Below the pieces are notes generated by a model. The model made no database searches. It saw only the letters and a list, made by a program, of their open reading frames with translations, and was not told where the DNA came from. A program made the position numbers and the translations under genes. Of a stretch of 64,000 bases of DNA, positions 39,914 through 54,000 are shown piece after piece. Source of the DNA: Octopus vulgaris (taxonomy: Eukaryota); assembly GCA_951406725.2 (NCBI GenBank), contig OX597827.1, forward strand, positions 71,486,001 to 71,550,000, written 5' to 3'. Position 1 is the stretch's first letter, and each line of letters starts with the position of its first letter.

Positions 39914-40007
39914 AGTAGACAGATAGGGAAAGAGAGAGGAATGTATACAGAATGAGACAAATGTAGAAAAAAGTGAGATAGCTAAATAGATAGACAGACA
40001 GACAGAC

Positions 40008-40083
<76 letters not shown>

Positions 40084-40221
40084 TGAGAAAAGGAGAGAGA
40101 GAGTGTGTGTGTGTGTGAGAGTAGAAAGATAGGGAAAGAAAGCAAAGAATGTATACAGAATAAAATAAATGTAGAAAAAAAAAGCGAGAGAATTAGAGAG
40201 ATAGAGATAAATAGATAGACA

Positions 40222-40308
<87 letters not shown>

Positions 40309-40629
40309 GGGGAGGGAGAGAAAGAGAAGTAGTTAGAGACAGGAATGTATAGAGAAATAGATAGACTGAGACATAAAGAATGTGCGGCGGGAATCGTTCT
40401 GAGCTTGCCTTATGGTAGAAACTGGTTGTGATCGGAAACTGGTCAAAAAAAAAAAGAAAAAAAAGTAATAATTAATTTCAAAATTAAAAAAAAAAAAAAA
40501 AATGGAGAGGAAACGGAAGTGAGTTTAATTTATGAATTCTTTGTAAATGCGTTGCAAAATTTATTTTTTGCTGATAATAAACATCAACACTAATAACTGC
40601 AAAACCAATTCCAATATTAGGAATTATTT

Positions 40630-41278
40630 AAGGCGAGAGATGGCAGAATTGTTAGCACGCCGGGCGAGAATGCTCAGCGGTATTTCGTCTGTCGTTACGT
40701 TACATTCTGAGTTCAAATTCCGCCGAGGTCGACTTTGCCTTTCCTCCTTTCGGGGGTCGACAAATTAAGTACCAGTTACACACTGGGGTCGATGTAATCG
40801 ACTTAATCCCTTTGTCTGTCCTTGTTCGTCCCCTCTATGTTTACCCCCTTGTGGGCAATAAAGAAATAAGAAACGTTACCGAAATGCTCAGCGGTATTTC
40901 GTCTTCAGTTACGTTCTGAGTTCAAATTCTGCCGAGGTCGACTTTGCCTTTCCTCCTTTCGGGGTCGATAAATTAAGTACCAGTTACACACTGGGGTCAA
41001 TGTAATCGACTTAATCCCTTTGTCTGTCCTTGTTTGTCCCCTCTATGTTTACCTCCTTGTGGGCAATAAAGAAATAAGAAACGTTAGCACACGGGTCCGA
41101 AATGCTTAGCGGTATTTCGTCTGCCGTTACGTTCTGAGTTCAAATTCCGCCGAGGTCGACTTTGCCTTTCATTCTTTCGGGGTAGATGAATTAAGAACCA
41201 GTTACGTACTGGAGTCGATCTAATCGACTACCCTCTCCCCCAAAATTTCGGGCCTGTGCCTAGAGTAGAAAAGAATAT
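40630..41278 (+). mobile_element. SINE family A, trimeric array
   Basis: Three tandem units, each re-entering at GAAACGTTA(G/C)...GAAATGCT; the last unit ends with the alternative tail CCCCAAAATTTCGGGCCTGTGCCTAGAGTAGAAAAGA. Confidence 0.9.
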
Positions 41279-41764
41279 TAGGAATTTTTTTCTCCAGAAA
41301 TGCTCAATGTGGAAAAAAAAGGGGGTTTTTTTCATATGATAATTTTATTCGCTGGTCTGCAAGATTTGACTTAGGTCGTCGCAGATTCTTCGGCACCGGC
41401 GAGGTCGATGGCTTTAAGAGCCGTCCTCAACAGTCGTAAAACGATAGCCGGAAATAAATTCTAAACAGCCGGAGTTCTTATGAAGAAGGACTTGGTTTAA
41501 TGGGTAGCGCAGAGTCAAGGGTCGTAGTTGTGGTGATGGTTGTGGTAAACAAAATATGGGTGACAGGAGACGAAGAGAGCTGAGAATCCTTGAGTGGCGG
41601 TGGCTACGAGATTAGCTTGCTCCGAGAAGCGGGAAGCTACCGTCGTATTAATAGAAAAGAAAGAGCAGACGACAGGCTAGTGGAGCTGAGGCAGGAGGGC
41701 GTTGTTGAGTGACTTCATGTTAATGGTTTGGGTGATCTTTCAGTGGATGTGTTCTAGGAGGGTT

Positions 41765-41951
41765 ACTCTCTTTTACTTGTTTCAGTCATTTGACTGCGGC
41801 CATGCTGGAGCACCGCCTTTAGTTGGGACTTATTCTTTGTAAGCCCAGTACTTATTCTATCGGTCTCTTTTGCCGAACAGCTAAGTGACGGGGACGTATA
41901 CACACCAGCATCGGTTGTCAAGCAATGCTAGGGGGACAAACACAGACACAA

Positions 41952-41983
<32 letters not shown>

Positions 41984-42158
41984 ATACATATATACGACAG
42001 GCTTCATTCAGTTTCCGTCTACCAAATCCACTCACAAGGCATTGGTCGGCCCGGGGCTATAGCAGAAGACACTTGCCCAAGGTGCCACGCAGTAGGACTG
42101 AACCCGGAAGCATGTGGTTGGTAAGCAAGCTACTTACCACACAGCCACTCCTGCGCCT
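41765..42158 (-). mobile_element. SINE family B, full length
   Basis: Reverse complement of 54407-54817. Confidence 0.9.
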
Positions 42159-42604
42159 AGATATAGCAAACAGCAAAGTGGTAAATGTAAGAGCCGTACA
42201 ACATGTTGGGTTGTATCTAGCCTTGTAGAGCATTAATAGTTGCAATGTGTTTGGGCATTGAAGAGAGGAGGGTTAGTTTTAAAGATCTGACTATTCTTTG
42301 TTGCGCTGAGAATGTCCGTTGAAATCCTATGTTGAGATAGTCTAAGTTATGATGATGATGAACAAGAAATAGCTAAAAAAAACAAAACAAGGAGAGCAAA
42401 ATGATAAAGGGAGAAAGGAAGAAGGAACGGAATAATACTAAAATGGGTGAAAGGACAAGGAGAAATAAGATAAGAACGGTGGATGAGTAGGAGGAAGGTA
42501 ACAACGATAGGATAAATGGTGGGAGGATATGTACGACGGCGATGACGTTGAAGTGTGAAGAATGAACGCGAACAGCAACGATATTAGCAACGAAATCAAG
42601 TACA

Positions 42605-42703
<99 letters not shown>

Positions 42704-42784
42704 AGTATATATGCCTGTATATGTATATATATATACACACATAAATATGACACATGTATATAAATGAAATATATATGCGTATAC

Positions 42785-42823
<39 letters not shown>

Positions 42824-43112
42824 AGTATATATGCCTGTATATGTATATATATACACACATAAATATGACACATGTATATAAATGAAATAAATGAAATATA
42901 TATGCGTATACGTGTATATATATATATATATATATTTATACATATATATGTAAGTACGTATTTGTATGTGTGTGTATGTGAGTTGATGAAAGAAAAATCT
43001 TATCAGACTAGAAATAGTATTATTATTAATAAACAGTATTTCTCCATCGTCTATCTACTTTCTTCTTTTATTAATATATAAAACCTATTCGCCACTAAAG
43101 ACACTCAATACA

Positions 43113-43198
<86 letters not shown>

Positions 43199-43217
43199 CC
43201 TACCGACCTATCCATCC

Positions 43218-43290
<73 letters not shown>

Positions 43291-43522
43291 ACTATCTGTC
43301 TGTCTGTCTGTTTGTACATATATATGTATGTATGTATGTGCACATAATATAGGAAATGTCGCCCATTAAAACAGATCTCGCCCTTATTGAACTCTCGTAT
43401 CAATGAGATTCTATTCGTTTGTTCATTACTTGTATAAAATATCACCTTGTTAATCGCCATTTTGTTTGTTCGCTATTCAAAAACAAAATTTTAAAACTAT
43501 CTTTTTTTTTTGCAAAAGAAAA

Positions 43523-43559
<37 letters not shown>

Positions 43560-43719
43560 GCAAAACAGAATTTAAATCAAAATGAATACGAAAATTCAAT
43601 TATTAAAAAAAAAAAAATATGTAAAGTGAAATCGGAAATAAAAACAATTTTCATAAAAGATTCTGAAATAAAAAAATTATTTCCGTATGATCTGACTGAT
43701 TTAGAAATAGAAATGGCTT

Positions 43720-43787
<68 letters not shown>

Positions 43788-43962
43788 TACACACATACAC
43801 AAACACACAAACACACACACACATGCATGTATATATATATATGTATATACATATATATATGTATATATATATATGTATATACATATATATATATATGTAT
43901 ATATATATATATGTATATATATATGTATATATATATGTATATATATACATATATATATATGC

Positions 43963-43993
<31 letters not shown>

Positions 43994-44065
43994 TGTATAT
44001 ACATATATATATATATGTATATATATATATGTATATATATGTATATATATACATATATATATATA

Positions 44066-44112
<47 letters not shown>

Positions 44113-44255
44113 CAAACCATATTTCTGTATATATTTTTATAATACACACAAATTTGAATACTATAAATATATATATATATATATATTTCACAGACACTAC
44201 ATAGAACATATTACATAATATATAATATGCGTGAGTATATGTGTAAATGTATATA

Positions 44256-44293
<38 letters not shown>

Positions 44294-44379
44294 CATACTT
44301 ATATGGAGAATATATTTCTAATTTAGTCAGATGTGTATGTGTGTGAATATATATATATTTATATATGTATAAATATATA

Positions 44380-44493
<114 letters not shown>

Positions 44494-44838
44494 CATATAG
44501 GCTTGTATAGTTATTCGATTTGAGTACTCTTATGTGTACTTTGTCGACACTCTGGAAGAACTATACATAAAAACAAACAAAAAAAAATCAATGCAAAGAC
44601 AACACAGAAAATAACACAGCAAAAATCGGAAGGCAAAGTTGACTTAAAGAGGGGGTGGGGGTAGGTGTTGTAATTTTTAGAGAGGAGGGGAAAAAAAATA
44701 AAAAATTTTAGTGATGGTTGTTTATGTTATTTTTATTTATTTTTGGTGATTGTTGTTTTGTTACTGTTTTTCTTCCATGTGTTTATTTTTATATTTATTG
44801 AATGGATTCCAGTCATTAGTGAACAAATAACGATAATG

Positions 44839-44871
<33 letters not shown>

Positions 44872-44942
44872 GTAATAATAGTAATAGTAATAATATTAAC
44901 AATAATGATAACAATGATAAAATAATAATAATAATAATAATA

Positions 44943-44996
<54 letters not shown>

Positions 44997-45061
44997 GTAA
45001 TAGTAATAATAATAATAATAATAACGATCGTACTAATATATCTAACAACAATAGCAGCAAT

Positions 45062-45092
<31 letters not shown>

Positions 45093-45212
45093 CGAAATTA
45101 TAAAATGTGAAAAACAAAACGAAACGAAACGAGAAATAAATAAATAAGTAATAGCGCTGGATAATCCATGATGTTCATAATGAATGTTAATTTATGATAG
45201 TGTCTGAAAGTT

Positions 45213-45267
<55 letters not shown>

Positions 45268-45282
45268 TAATAATAATAATAA

Positions 45283-45545
45283 TCCTTTCTACTGTAGGCA
45301 GAAGGAGTGAAATTTGATGGTGGTGTTGGTCGGTGGGGGAGGGGGGGTAAGTCGATTACATCGACCCCCAGTACTTGACTGGTACTTAATTTATCGACCC
45401 CCCGAAAGGATGAAAGGCAAAGTCACCCCTGGGCGGAATTTGAACTCAGAACGTAGCGAGCGACGGGCGAAATACCGCTAAGCATTTCGTCCAGCGTGCT
45501 AACGATTCTGCCAGCTCGCCGCCGCCTTAGATGATGATAATAATA

Positions 45546-45641
<96 letters not shown>

Positions 45642-46369
45642 TGTTTTAATTTAGGTATAAGACCAGAAATTTTGAAAGGAGGGGAAAAATCGATGGCATC
45701 AACACCAGTCCTTGATTGCTACTCATCTGATCGACCCCGGAGGGGATAGCATTCAATGTAGACCTGGGTGGGATTTGAACTCAGAAGGTGAAAAGACGGA
45801 CAGTTCACCGCCTTAATAATTCTTTCTAATTTTAGCACAAGACCAGCAATTCTGAGGGGAGGGGCAAGTCGATTACATCGACCCCAGTACATGACTGGTA
45901 CTCAGTTTTATCGACTGTGAAAGGATGAAATGCAAAGTTGACAGGTTTTCTAATTTAGGCACAAATGCCAGTAATTTTGAAGGAAGGGATTTAGATACCA
46001 TAGGACCTAGTGTTTGACTAGTACTTTATTTTATCGACCCCGGAGCGATAAAAGGCAAAGTTGACCTCGGCGGTATTTGAACTCGGAACGTACAGAGTCG
46101 TAGCTAAATACCGCAAGTCTGATGCTATAACGATTCTGCCAAGCCACCACCTTACCTTTTTATTTTTTTCAAGCGTAAGCAAAAGGCCTGAATTTTATTT
46201 TTTTTAGGAGTAGGAGATTAGCCATTGTTATCAACCTCCAGTACTTGACGGATAGTTTATTTCACTGACCCTTAGAAAGATGAAAGGTGGAGCCGGCCTC
46301 GGCAGGATTAGAAATTAGAACGAAAAGGATTTTATCCGATGCTCTAACGATTTTGTCAACCCGCCGCCC

Positions 46370-46427
<58 letters not shown>

Positions 46428-46774
46428 TAATAAAGTTTCTTGAAGCATGACCAGTAAACAAGTGCCACCTTAGTCTGCTGGTTGTGGACAGCTGACACTT
46501 TCCATCAAACCCAGCAAAATAAGCTGTGAGTTTACATGAAATGATAATAATAATAGTAATTGGTTGAAATTAGGGCACAAAGCCAGCAATTCCAGGGGAG
46601 GGGTTAAATCGATTACATCGACCCCAGTGTTTAACTGGTACTTATTTTATCGACTCCGAAAGGATGAAGGGCAAAGTCGACCTGGGCGGAATTTGAACCC
46701 AGAGCATAAAGACGGACAAAATGAGCTAAGCACTTTGTCCGGTCCGCTAACAGTTCTGCCAGTTCGTCGCCTTC

Positions 46775-46836
<62 letters not shown>

Positions 46837-47070
46837 CAATAATTATAATAATCCTTTCTACTGTAGGCATAATGTCTGAAATTTGATAGGAGGGGGTAAA
46901 TCGATCACATCGACCCCAGTACTTGACTGGTACTTAATTTTTTTCGACCGCGAAAGGATGAAAGGCAAAGTCGACCTCAGCAGAATTTGAACTCCGATCG
47001 TAAAAAAAAACGGACGAAATGCCGCTCAGCACTTTACCCGGTGTACTAACAATTCTGCCAGCTCGCCGCC

Positions 47071-47072
<2 letters not shown>
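45283..47072 (-). mobile_element. Nest of about 7 family A SINEs separated by (AAT)n/(GAT)n
   Basis: Copies at about 45283, 45645, 45820, 45945, 46170, 46565 and 46852, all in the same orientation and mostly bounded by AAT triplet runs. Confidence 0.8.
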
Positions 47073-47131
<59 letters not shown>

Positions 47132-47175
47132 TGATGATGATGATGATGACGATGATGATGAGGATAATAATAATA

Positions 47176-47244
<69 letters not shown>

Positions 47245-47669
47245 TTTGAGATGCAAATAATTGTAGATTTTTTTGGTGTGTTTTTTTTTCTGTAAATTTT
47301 CTTTGCTTGTTATTGGTCCTTTTTATTGAGTTTTTGTAAAATTCATTTCCAATTTTTTTTTTTTCCTTTTAAACTTTTTTTTCTTGGTTTTGATAGTAAT
47401 TTTTGATTTGGACAAAACAAAATAAAAACAAATAAAAGTGAATAAACAAATAAGCAAATAAATAATAGATTGCTGGATCTTGTTTTTTGTTGGTTTTTTT
47501 TTTTGGTTATCTCTCTCTCTTCTGAGAAGTTCAATGTATGTGTCTATGTTTATATGTGTACACGAGTTTGTGTATGTGTAACTAAGTATATACACAGACA
47601 TGTGTTTTGTATGCATAGGTGCATCTCAGGTGTGTGTGTATGTGTGTGTGTGTGTGCATATATATATGT

Positions 47670-47707
<38 letters not shown>

Positions 47708-47882
47708 ACATATATATGTATATACATATATATGGATATACATATATATATACACATATATATACATATGAATATACATGTACATACACACACGATATAC
47801 ACAGATAAACACATACAGTTACACAAATATGCATATACATATGTACGTATATATATATATGTATACATACATACATACATAC

Positions 47883-47938
<56 letters not shown>

Positions 47939-48159
47939 GCATGAATCTTTATGCACAAAATTCTACACACTTACATACCTACACACAAATATACATGCAT
48001 TTGTGCGTGTATATAAGTTTGTTTATTGTATCAGTGTAGGTGTGTGTTTGTGTGTATACATACATACATATATACACACACAACATAATCATATATGTGT
48101 ATATATGTATTTTGTGTCAACACACACACATATATATATGTATACACACACACATATAT

Positions 48160-48190
<31 letters not shown>

Positions 48191-48257
48191 TATATATGTA
48201 TAAATCTGAGTGTGTGAGAATGTATACACGGTTGTACACGCGTGTGCGTGTGTGCAC

Positions 48258-48316
<59 letters not shown>

Positions 48317-48576
48317 CGTACATGTTAGTCGATGAAACATTTATAGTATTAAGTATTAAATAAGTTTATAGTTTTGTTGTAAAGGGATTTAATGATATGT
48401 TAATCTAAATATGTATATTCTCTTAAATTTTAAATACAACATAAAAACTGTGGGTTTCCTGTTTAAAGTATCTTTCTCTTTGTCTATGCATGAATATACG
48501 AATGTATGTATGTGTATATATGATAGTATTATCTTTTCAAAACTCTACAATTCCCTTCCAGTGAGTTTCTTCCTAC

Positions 48577-48610
<34 letters not shown>

Positions 48611-48825
48611 TGGAAAAAAAAATGCATATATTTCGGCTTGGAGTTCCATTTGGATCCCGGAATTAATATCCTAAAATTAAACTTGATGAAATAACGGCTA
48701 ATATGGATTTTTTTCCTTGTTTTTCTTCATCCTCTTCTTTTCGTTTTTTATTATTATTATTATTTTTTTTTTTTATTATCATTTCCTTCCAGGGGCTATG
48801 GTTGTTCCAGCATTATTTCCTGAAA

Positions 48826-48900
48826 TCACACTTGGGTGTGTGTGTTTCCATCTGTAACGGTATCGAATCCCATACTTTGTGATGGTCCTGAGTATGTGTA
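48826..48900 (-). CDS. Terminal coding exon YTYSGPSQSMGFDTVTDGNTHTQV* (class I PDZ ligand; possibly AMPA-type glutamate receptor C-terminus)
   Basis: Acceptor TTGCTCTTGTTCTGTCTTACAG. The phase-0 frame ends T-Q-V-stop, the S/T-x-V PDZ motif, and is followed by AT-rich UTR-like sequence. The family assignment is from recollection of molluscan GluR tails and is unverified. Confidence 0.65.
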   Translation of the reverse strand, partial: YTYSGPSQSMGFDTVTDGNTHTQV

Positions 48901-49029
48901 CTGTAAGACAGAACAAGAGCAATGTGAGGATTTAAAGAGACATACAGCAACAAAAAAAAAAAAAAAAGACAAAGCAGCCGCGGCAACAGCAGCAGCAGCA
49001 GTAGCAACAAACAATAACAACAACAATGG

Positions 49030-49061
<32 letters not shown>

Positions 49062-49159
49062 ACATTACTATTTTATTTCAGAAAAATACGAAAACAAAAA
49101 AAAAAGAAAAAAAAAAAAACAAGCAAGAATTATTTCGGAGATTGTTTCTCTTCACGTAC

Positions 49160-49184
49160 CTTCAAATCAGATTCGTAACATATA
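49160..49184 (-). CDS. 25-nt candidate microexon (phase 0: YMLRI*; phase 2: xICYESDLK, in frame with the final exon)
   Basis: Long polypyrimidine tract TTGTTTGTTTTTGTTTCTTTTTTTAG, exon TATATGTTACGAATCTGATTTGAAG, donor AAG|GTACGT. Confidence 0.55.
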
Positions 49185-49506
49185 CTAAAAAAAGAAACAA
49201 AAACAAACAAACCCCTCCCCCCCCAAAAAAAAAAAAAAAACACAAACAAACCTTAAAGAACTCTCCTGAAAAAGAAATACAAAAAGCAAAATGCAAAAAT
49301 GCAAATGCTGTCACACATACACACACATACATACACGCATACGCGCATACGCACACACATACACATATAAACGCAAACTGTTTATACATGTATACATACA
49401 TACATTCACCAATTCCTCCATGCATACTTGCATACACGTATACAAACATGTGTACATAAATACACACATATATATATATGTGCATACACACATATATATA
49501 TATATA

Positions 49507-49597
<91 letters not shown>

Positions 49598-49608
49598 GTA
49601 ATGGTAAG

Positions 49609-49640
<32 letters not shown>

Positions 49641-49749
49641 GAATATGCATATATACACATACACACTCAAAGGGAAAAAATACAGAACAGATCCTTTCCC
49701 GTAATAGCATCCAGTCTCTCTCATCAGTTTTATGCCATACTTGCACAAG

Positions 49750-49835
<86 letters not shown>

Positions 49836-49990
49836 TTCGCGTTACGGTTGAACTCGAAGTACATACAGCTATAGCATATCGTAAGAATATTGAGAAAAAA
49901 AGTCGAAGGCTGCCTTCGGGCAAACTTCGATATTTTTTCTAAGGGCTTTTAATCCAATATTCAATATGCTACATTGTATTATTCATAGGT

Positions 49991-50045
49991 TTATCTGCTT
50001 CGAGCTCCCTCGTTAGAACGATTTATTCCATATCTCTCGAAGTTT
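49991..50045 (-). CDS. Candidate alternative terminal exon (phase 0: KLREIWNKSF*, stop at 50013; phase 2: xNFERYGINRSNEGARSR*)
   Basis: Very strong acceptor (~55-nt U-rich tract ending GTATCTTTTTTCAG), then unique sequence with a stop in every frame and no strong donor nearby. Confidence 0.5.
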
Positions 50046-50759
50046 CTGAAAAAAGATACAAAAAAAAACAACAAAAAACAAAAAAAACAACAACAAAAAC
50101 AAAAAGGACAATTCTTATAATAATATAAACACACACACATACACACACGCATTATCTGAGGAGGCTGTGGATAATTGAAAAGACATTGCAAATTTCACAT
50201 AAAATATATGGAATAATTTCCGTATACTTTGCATATAATAAGCCTCGAGTGCTTCTTTCACGAATTCATGAATTGTGAATTTCCTGTACATGCATCCATC
50301 CATCCATACAAACATACATATGTATGTATATGTGTGTATGTCATGCGTATGTGTGTGTGTATATATATATATGTGTGTATGTATATATAAACATACATGC
50401 ATACATGTATATTTTACATATATAAAACGCTGGATGACATGTCAAATAGTTTTCATTGGAAAGAAAACGCAGCGCTTGCGCTAAGAAAATTGGGTGAGGG
50501 TGAAAGGATGTATTATAAAGAGAAGTAGATTTGATAGATATATAGACTGATGATAAATTGAAGAGAGTGGGATGGATAGTGAGAGATAAAGACAGCGAGA
50601 GAGAGGGGGAAGGGAGGGATGGAATAATATTCAGCTGTTACCATGGAGCTGGGGTGTAAGTAAATGAACTAGAAGGTAAGAGGGTCAGAGCGGAGGAGCA
50701 TGACAGCACAAACCGAAAGAGAGAATTAGAGACGTGACGAGATAAAGTAACCAGATGAA

Positions 50760-51092
<333 letters not shown>

Positions 51093-51963
51093 TTATATAT
51101 TAATACACATATGTATGCGGATATAAACTTACATACATGTTTCTTCATTTACGTCCATACGTAGTGTATGTGCGTGTATATGGATGTAAGTCTAGTATAC
51201 CATTAAATCTAAAGTATGGAGTCATTTAATTATCAGAGTAGATACTTCAGAAAATATAAATCAGAAAAAAACCCGTCGTATACATACATTACATACACCC
51301 CCACCCACATGCATACACACACATACACACACATACATACATACACATATACATATACACACACGCACCCACCCACACATACATATATGTATATATGCGT
51401 TTGTCTGTGTGTGTTTGTGTTTGTTCCCCACCAGTGTTGGTTTGATTACGTCCCCGTAACAGCGGTTCGGCAAAAATTAACCGATAGCATAAGTAATGGG
51501 GTTGATTTGCTCGACCGAAACCCTTCAAGCCGGTGCCCCAGCATGGCCGCATCCAATGAATGAAACAAGTAAAAGATAGATGATAAGAGACTCGGTCACA
51601 AACGCAAACACGCTAAAATACACACAAAATATGTCTACGCGTATTGATTGATAGAAAAATCAATTAGGAAGATACAAGGTTTTATCGAGGGATTTTTCTG
51701 TCAAACATTTTCATCGACCAACTTCATATCGAAATGACTTCTAATCGAAGGTCTTTTCATCGATGGATTTTGTTTTTTTATCGAAACAGCTTTTCAGTAG
51801 CGTGAAGGGTTTTTTTTTTTTTTTACTGGACCGATTTTTCGTAAAATAATTTCATTGATTTCGTTGTGGCACGAGGCCAGTAAATTCGGGGGGTAAGTCA
51901 ATTACATCGACCCCCAGTGCTCAACTGGTACTTATTTTATCGACCCCGAAAGGATGAAAGGCA

Positions 51964-53069
51964 AAGTCAACCTCGGCGGAATTTGAACTCAGGACGTGAA
52001 AACGGACAAAATCGACCCCCAGTGCCCAACTGGTACTTATTTTATCGACCCCAAAAGGATGAAAGGCAAAGTCAACCTCGGCGGAATTTGAATTCAGAAC
52101 GTGGAGACGGACAAAATGCTGCCAAGCATTTTGCCTGGCGCGCAAACGATTCTGCCAGCTCGCCAACTTTCACTATAGAATAATTTTATTAAAATACAGA
52201 ATATTTTAAAAAGAAAATAAGAGCTACTACAGATCGTAGATATTTTTAATAGTTAGTCCTGAGGGTAGAACATGAATGACAACGGCCATCGCCTCAGTTG
52301 GCCACGTTCGTGAATTCGACTGGAAAATCTGATGACAGTGGTTTCTGATATCACCGCAAGGAGGAGGTGCCAACGAACAGTGGGTGGAGAAAATAGACGG
52401 GTATTTTGTCGAATAATTTCATCTGGTAATGATTTAAAATATAAAATAATTTAAAATATAAACTGGAAATAGACTTTCTATTCGAAAATTTAATTAAAAT
52501 CATTTAGCCTCGGCGGAATTTGAAGTCAACCTCGGCGGAATTTGAACTCAGGACGTGAAAACGGACAAAATCAACCCCCAGTGCCCAACTGGTACTTATT
52601 TTATCGACCCCGAAAAGATGAAAGGCAAAGTCAACCTCGGCGGAATTTGAATTCAGAACGTTAAGACGGACAAAATGCTGCCAAGCATTTTGCCTGGCGC
52701 GCAAACGATTCTGCCAGCTCGCCAACTTTTACCATAGAATAATTTTATTAAAATACAGAATATTTTAAAAAGAAAATAAGAGCTACTACAGATCGTAGAT
52801 ATTTTTAATAGTTAGTCCTGAGGGTAGAACAAGGATGACAACAACCATCGCCTCAGTTGGCCACGTTCGTGAATTCGACTGGAAAATCTGATGACTGTGG
52901 TTTCTGATATGACCGCAAGGAGGAGGTGCCAACGAACAGTGGGTGGAGAAAATAGACGGGTATTTTGTCGAATAATTTCATCTATTAATGATTTAAAATA
53001 TAAAATAATTTAAAATATAAACTGGAAATAGACTTTCTATTCGAAAATTTAATTAAAATCATTTAGCCT
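51964..53069 (+). repeat. Tandem duplication, period 559 bp
   Basis: 51964-52510 and 52523-53069 are near-identical (SINE A part plus ~350 bp of unique flank); the junction is CCT|CGGCGGAATTTGAA|GTCAACCTCGG. Confidence 0.92.
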
Positions 53070-53369
53070 ACTTTTAAATTTGTACAAAATAACCAATACG
53101 CCAATTAATATTCTACAGGAAAATGCATGCATCGGTCTCTATTGATGTTTGCTTTTAGAAATATACATGTATACACACACATATATACACAGCCACAATT
53201 ATGATAGCTATGCGTGTGTGTTTGTGTACATACATACATAGATATATATTACTATTGACCTCTTCCCAGATCCACATTTTCACACCTACACATACACACA
53301 CGCACACGTCAAGATCACCAGCCCTCTTCCGCATGCACATACCAACTCTCTTATACACACGCACGCGCA

Positions 53370-53637
53370 CCTTCGTTTTGGGATCACCTCCACTTTGTTA
53401 TCTCCCCTTCTCCCTAGCTCTCCTGTGTGACCCTTCTGTCCGGCCTTCGCCATGATAGATTGCTAGCCACTACACATTCTTTATTTTCTCTCCTTGTTTC
53501 TTTCTGTGTTCCTTTCTAAGGAAGAGCGTAGGCTCGAAACGTTAAAGACTTTTTCATTTCCCGAGCGTTATACTAATACATCTGTTTGTTGTCTACACCA
53601 CGTGTCTTTGTCTTTTGTTTTTTTTTTTGTGAATTCT

Positions 53638-53640
<3 letters not shown>
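53370..53640 (+). mobile_element. Penelope-like pseudo-LTR fragment with degenerate minimal hammerhead motif
   Basis: CTTT-CTAAGGAA-GAGC GTAG GCTC-GAAA-CG-TT-AAAG at 53512-53548 has the type I minimal hammerhead layout of Penelope-like elements; the fragment ends in (TA)n. Confidence 0.55.
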
Positions 53641-53689
<49 letters not shown>

Positions 53690-53711
53690 TGTTCTTATGT
53701 CATGTTATAAT

Positions 53712-54000
53712 TGGCACTCCGTTGATTATGACGACAACTGTCCCCGTTGGTTCGACCAACGGAATTGCCTACTCGTGAAATTAACGTGTAAATGACTGTA
53801 TATTTTATAAAGACGTATATCTTTAACGCAGTTCTGAGGGAGATTCAGTGTGACACAGGCTGTAACAAGGCTGGTCCTTTGAATTATAGGTACAACTCTC
53901 ATTTTTACCAGCTGAGTGGACTGGAGCAACGTGAAATGAAAGGTCTTGCTCAAAGACGCAAAGCGCCGCATGATGGAATCGAACCCTCGATCGAAAGCCG
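53712..54000 (-). mobile_element. CORE-type SINE family D, old
   Basis: Reverse complement of the 16438 copy (ACTCTCATTTTTACCAGCTGAGTGGACTGGAGCAACGTGAAATGAAAGGTCTTGCTCAA). Confidence 0.8.

Noticed and set aside
48836-49459. 207-aa + strand ORF
   Set aside because: Low-complexity antisense read-through of the minus-strand exon/intron region (poly-K/N/S from U-rich tracts).
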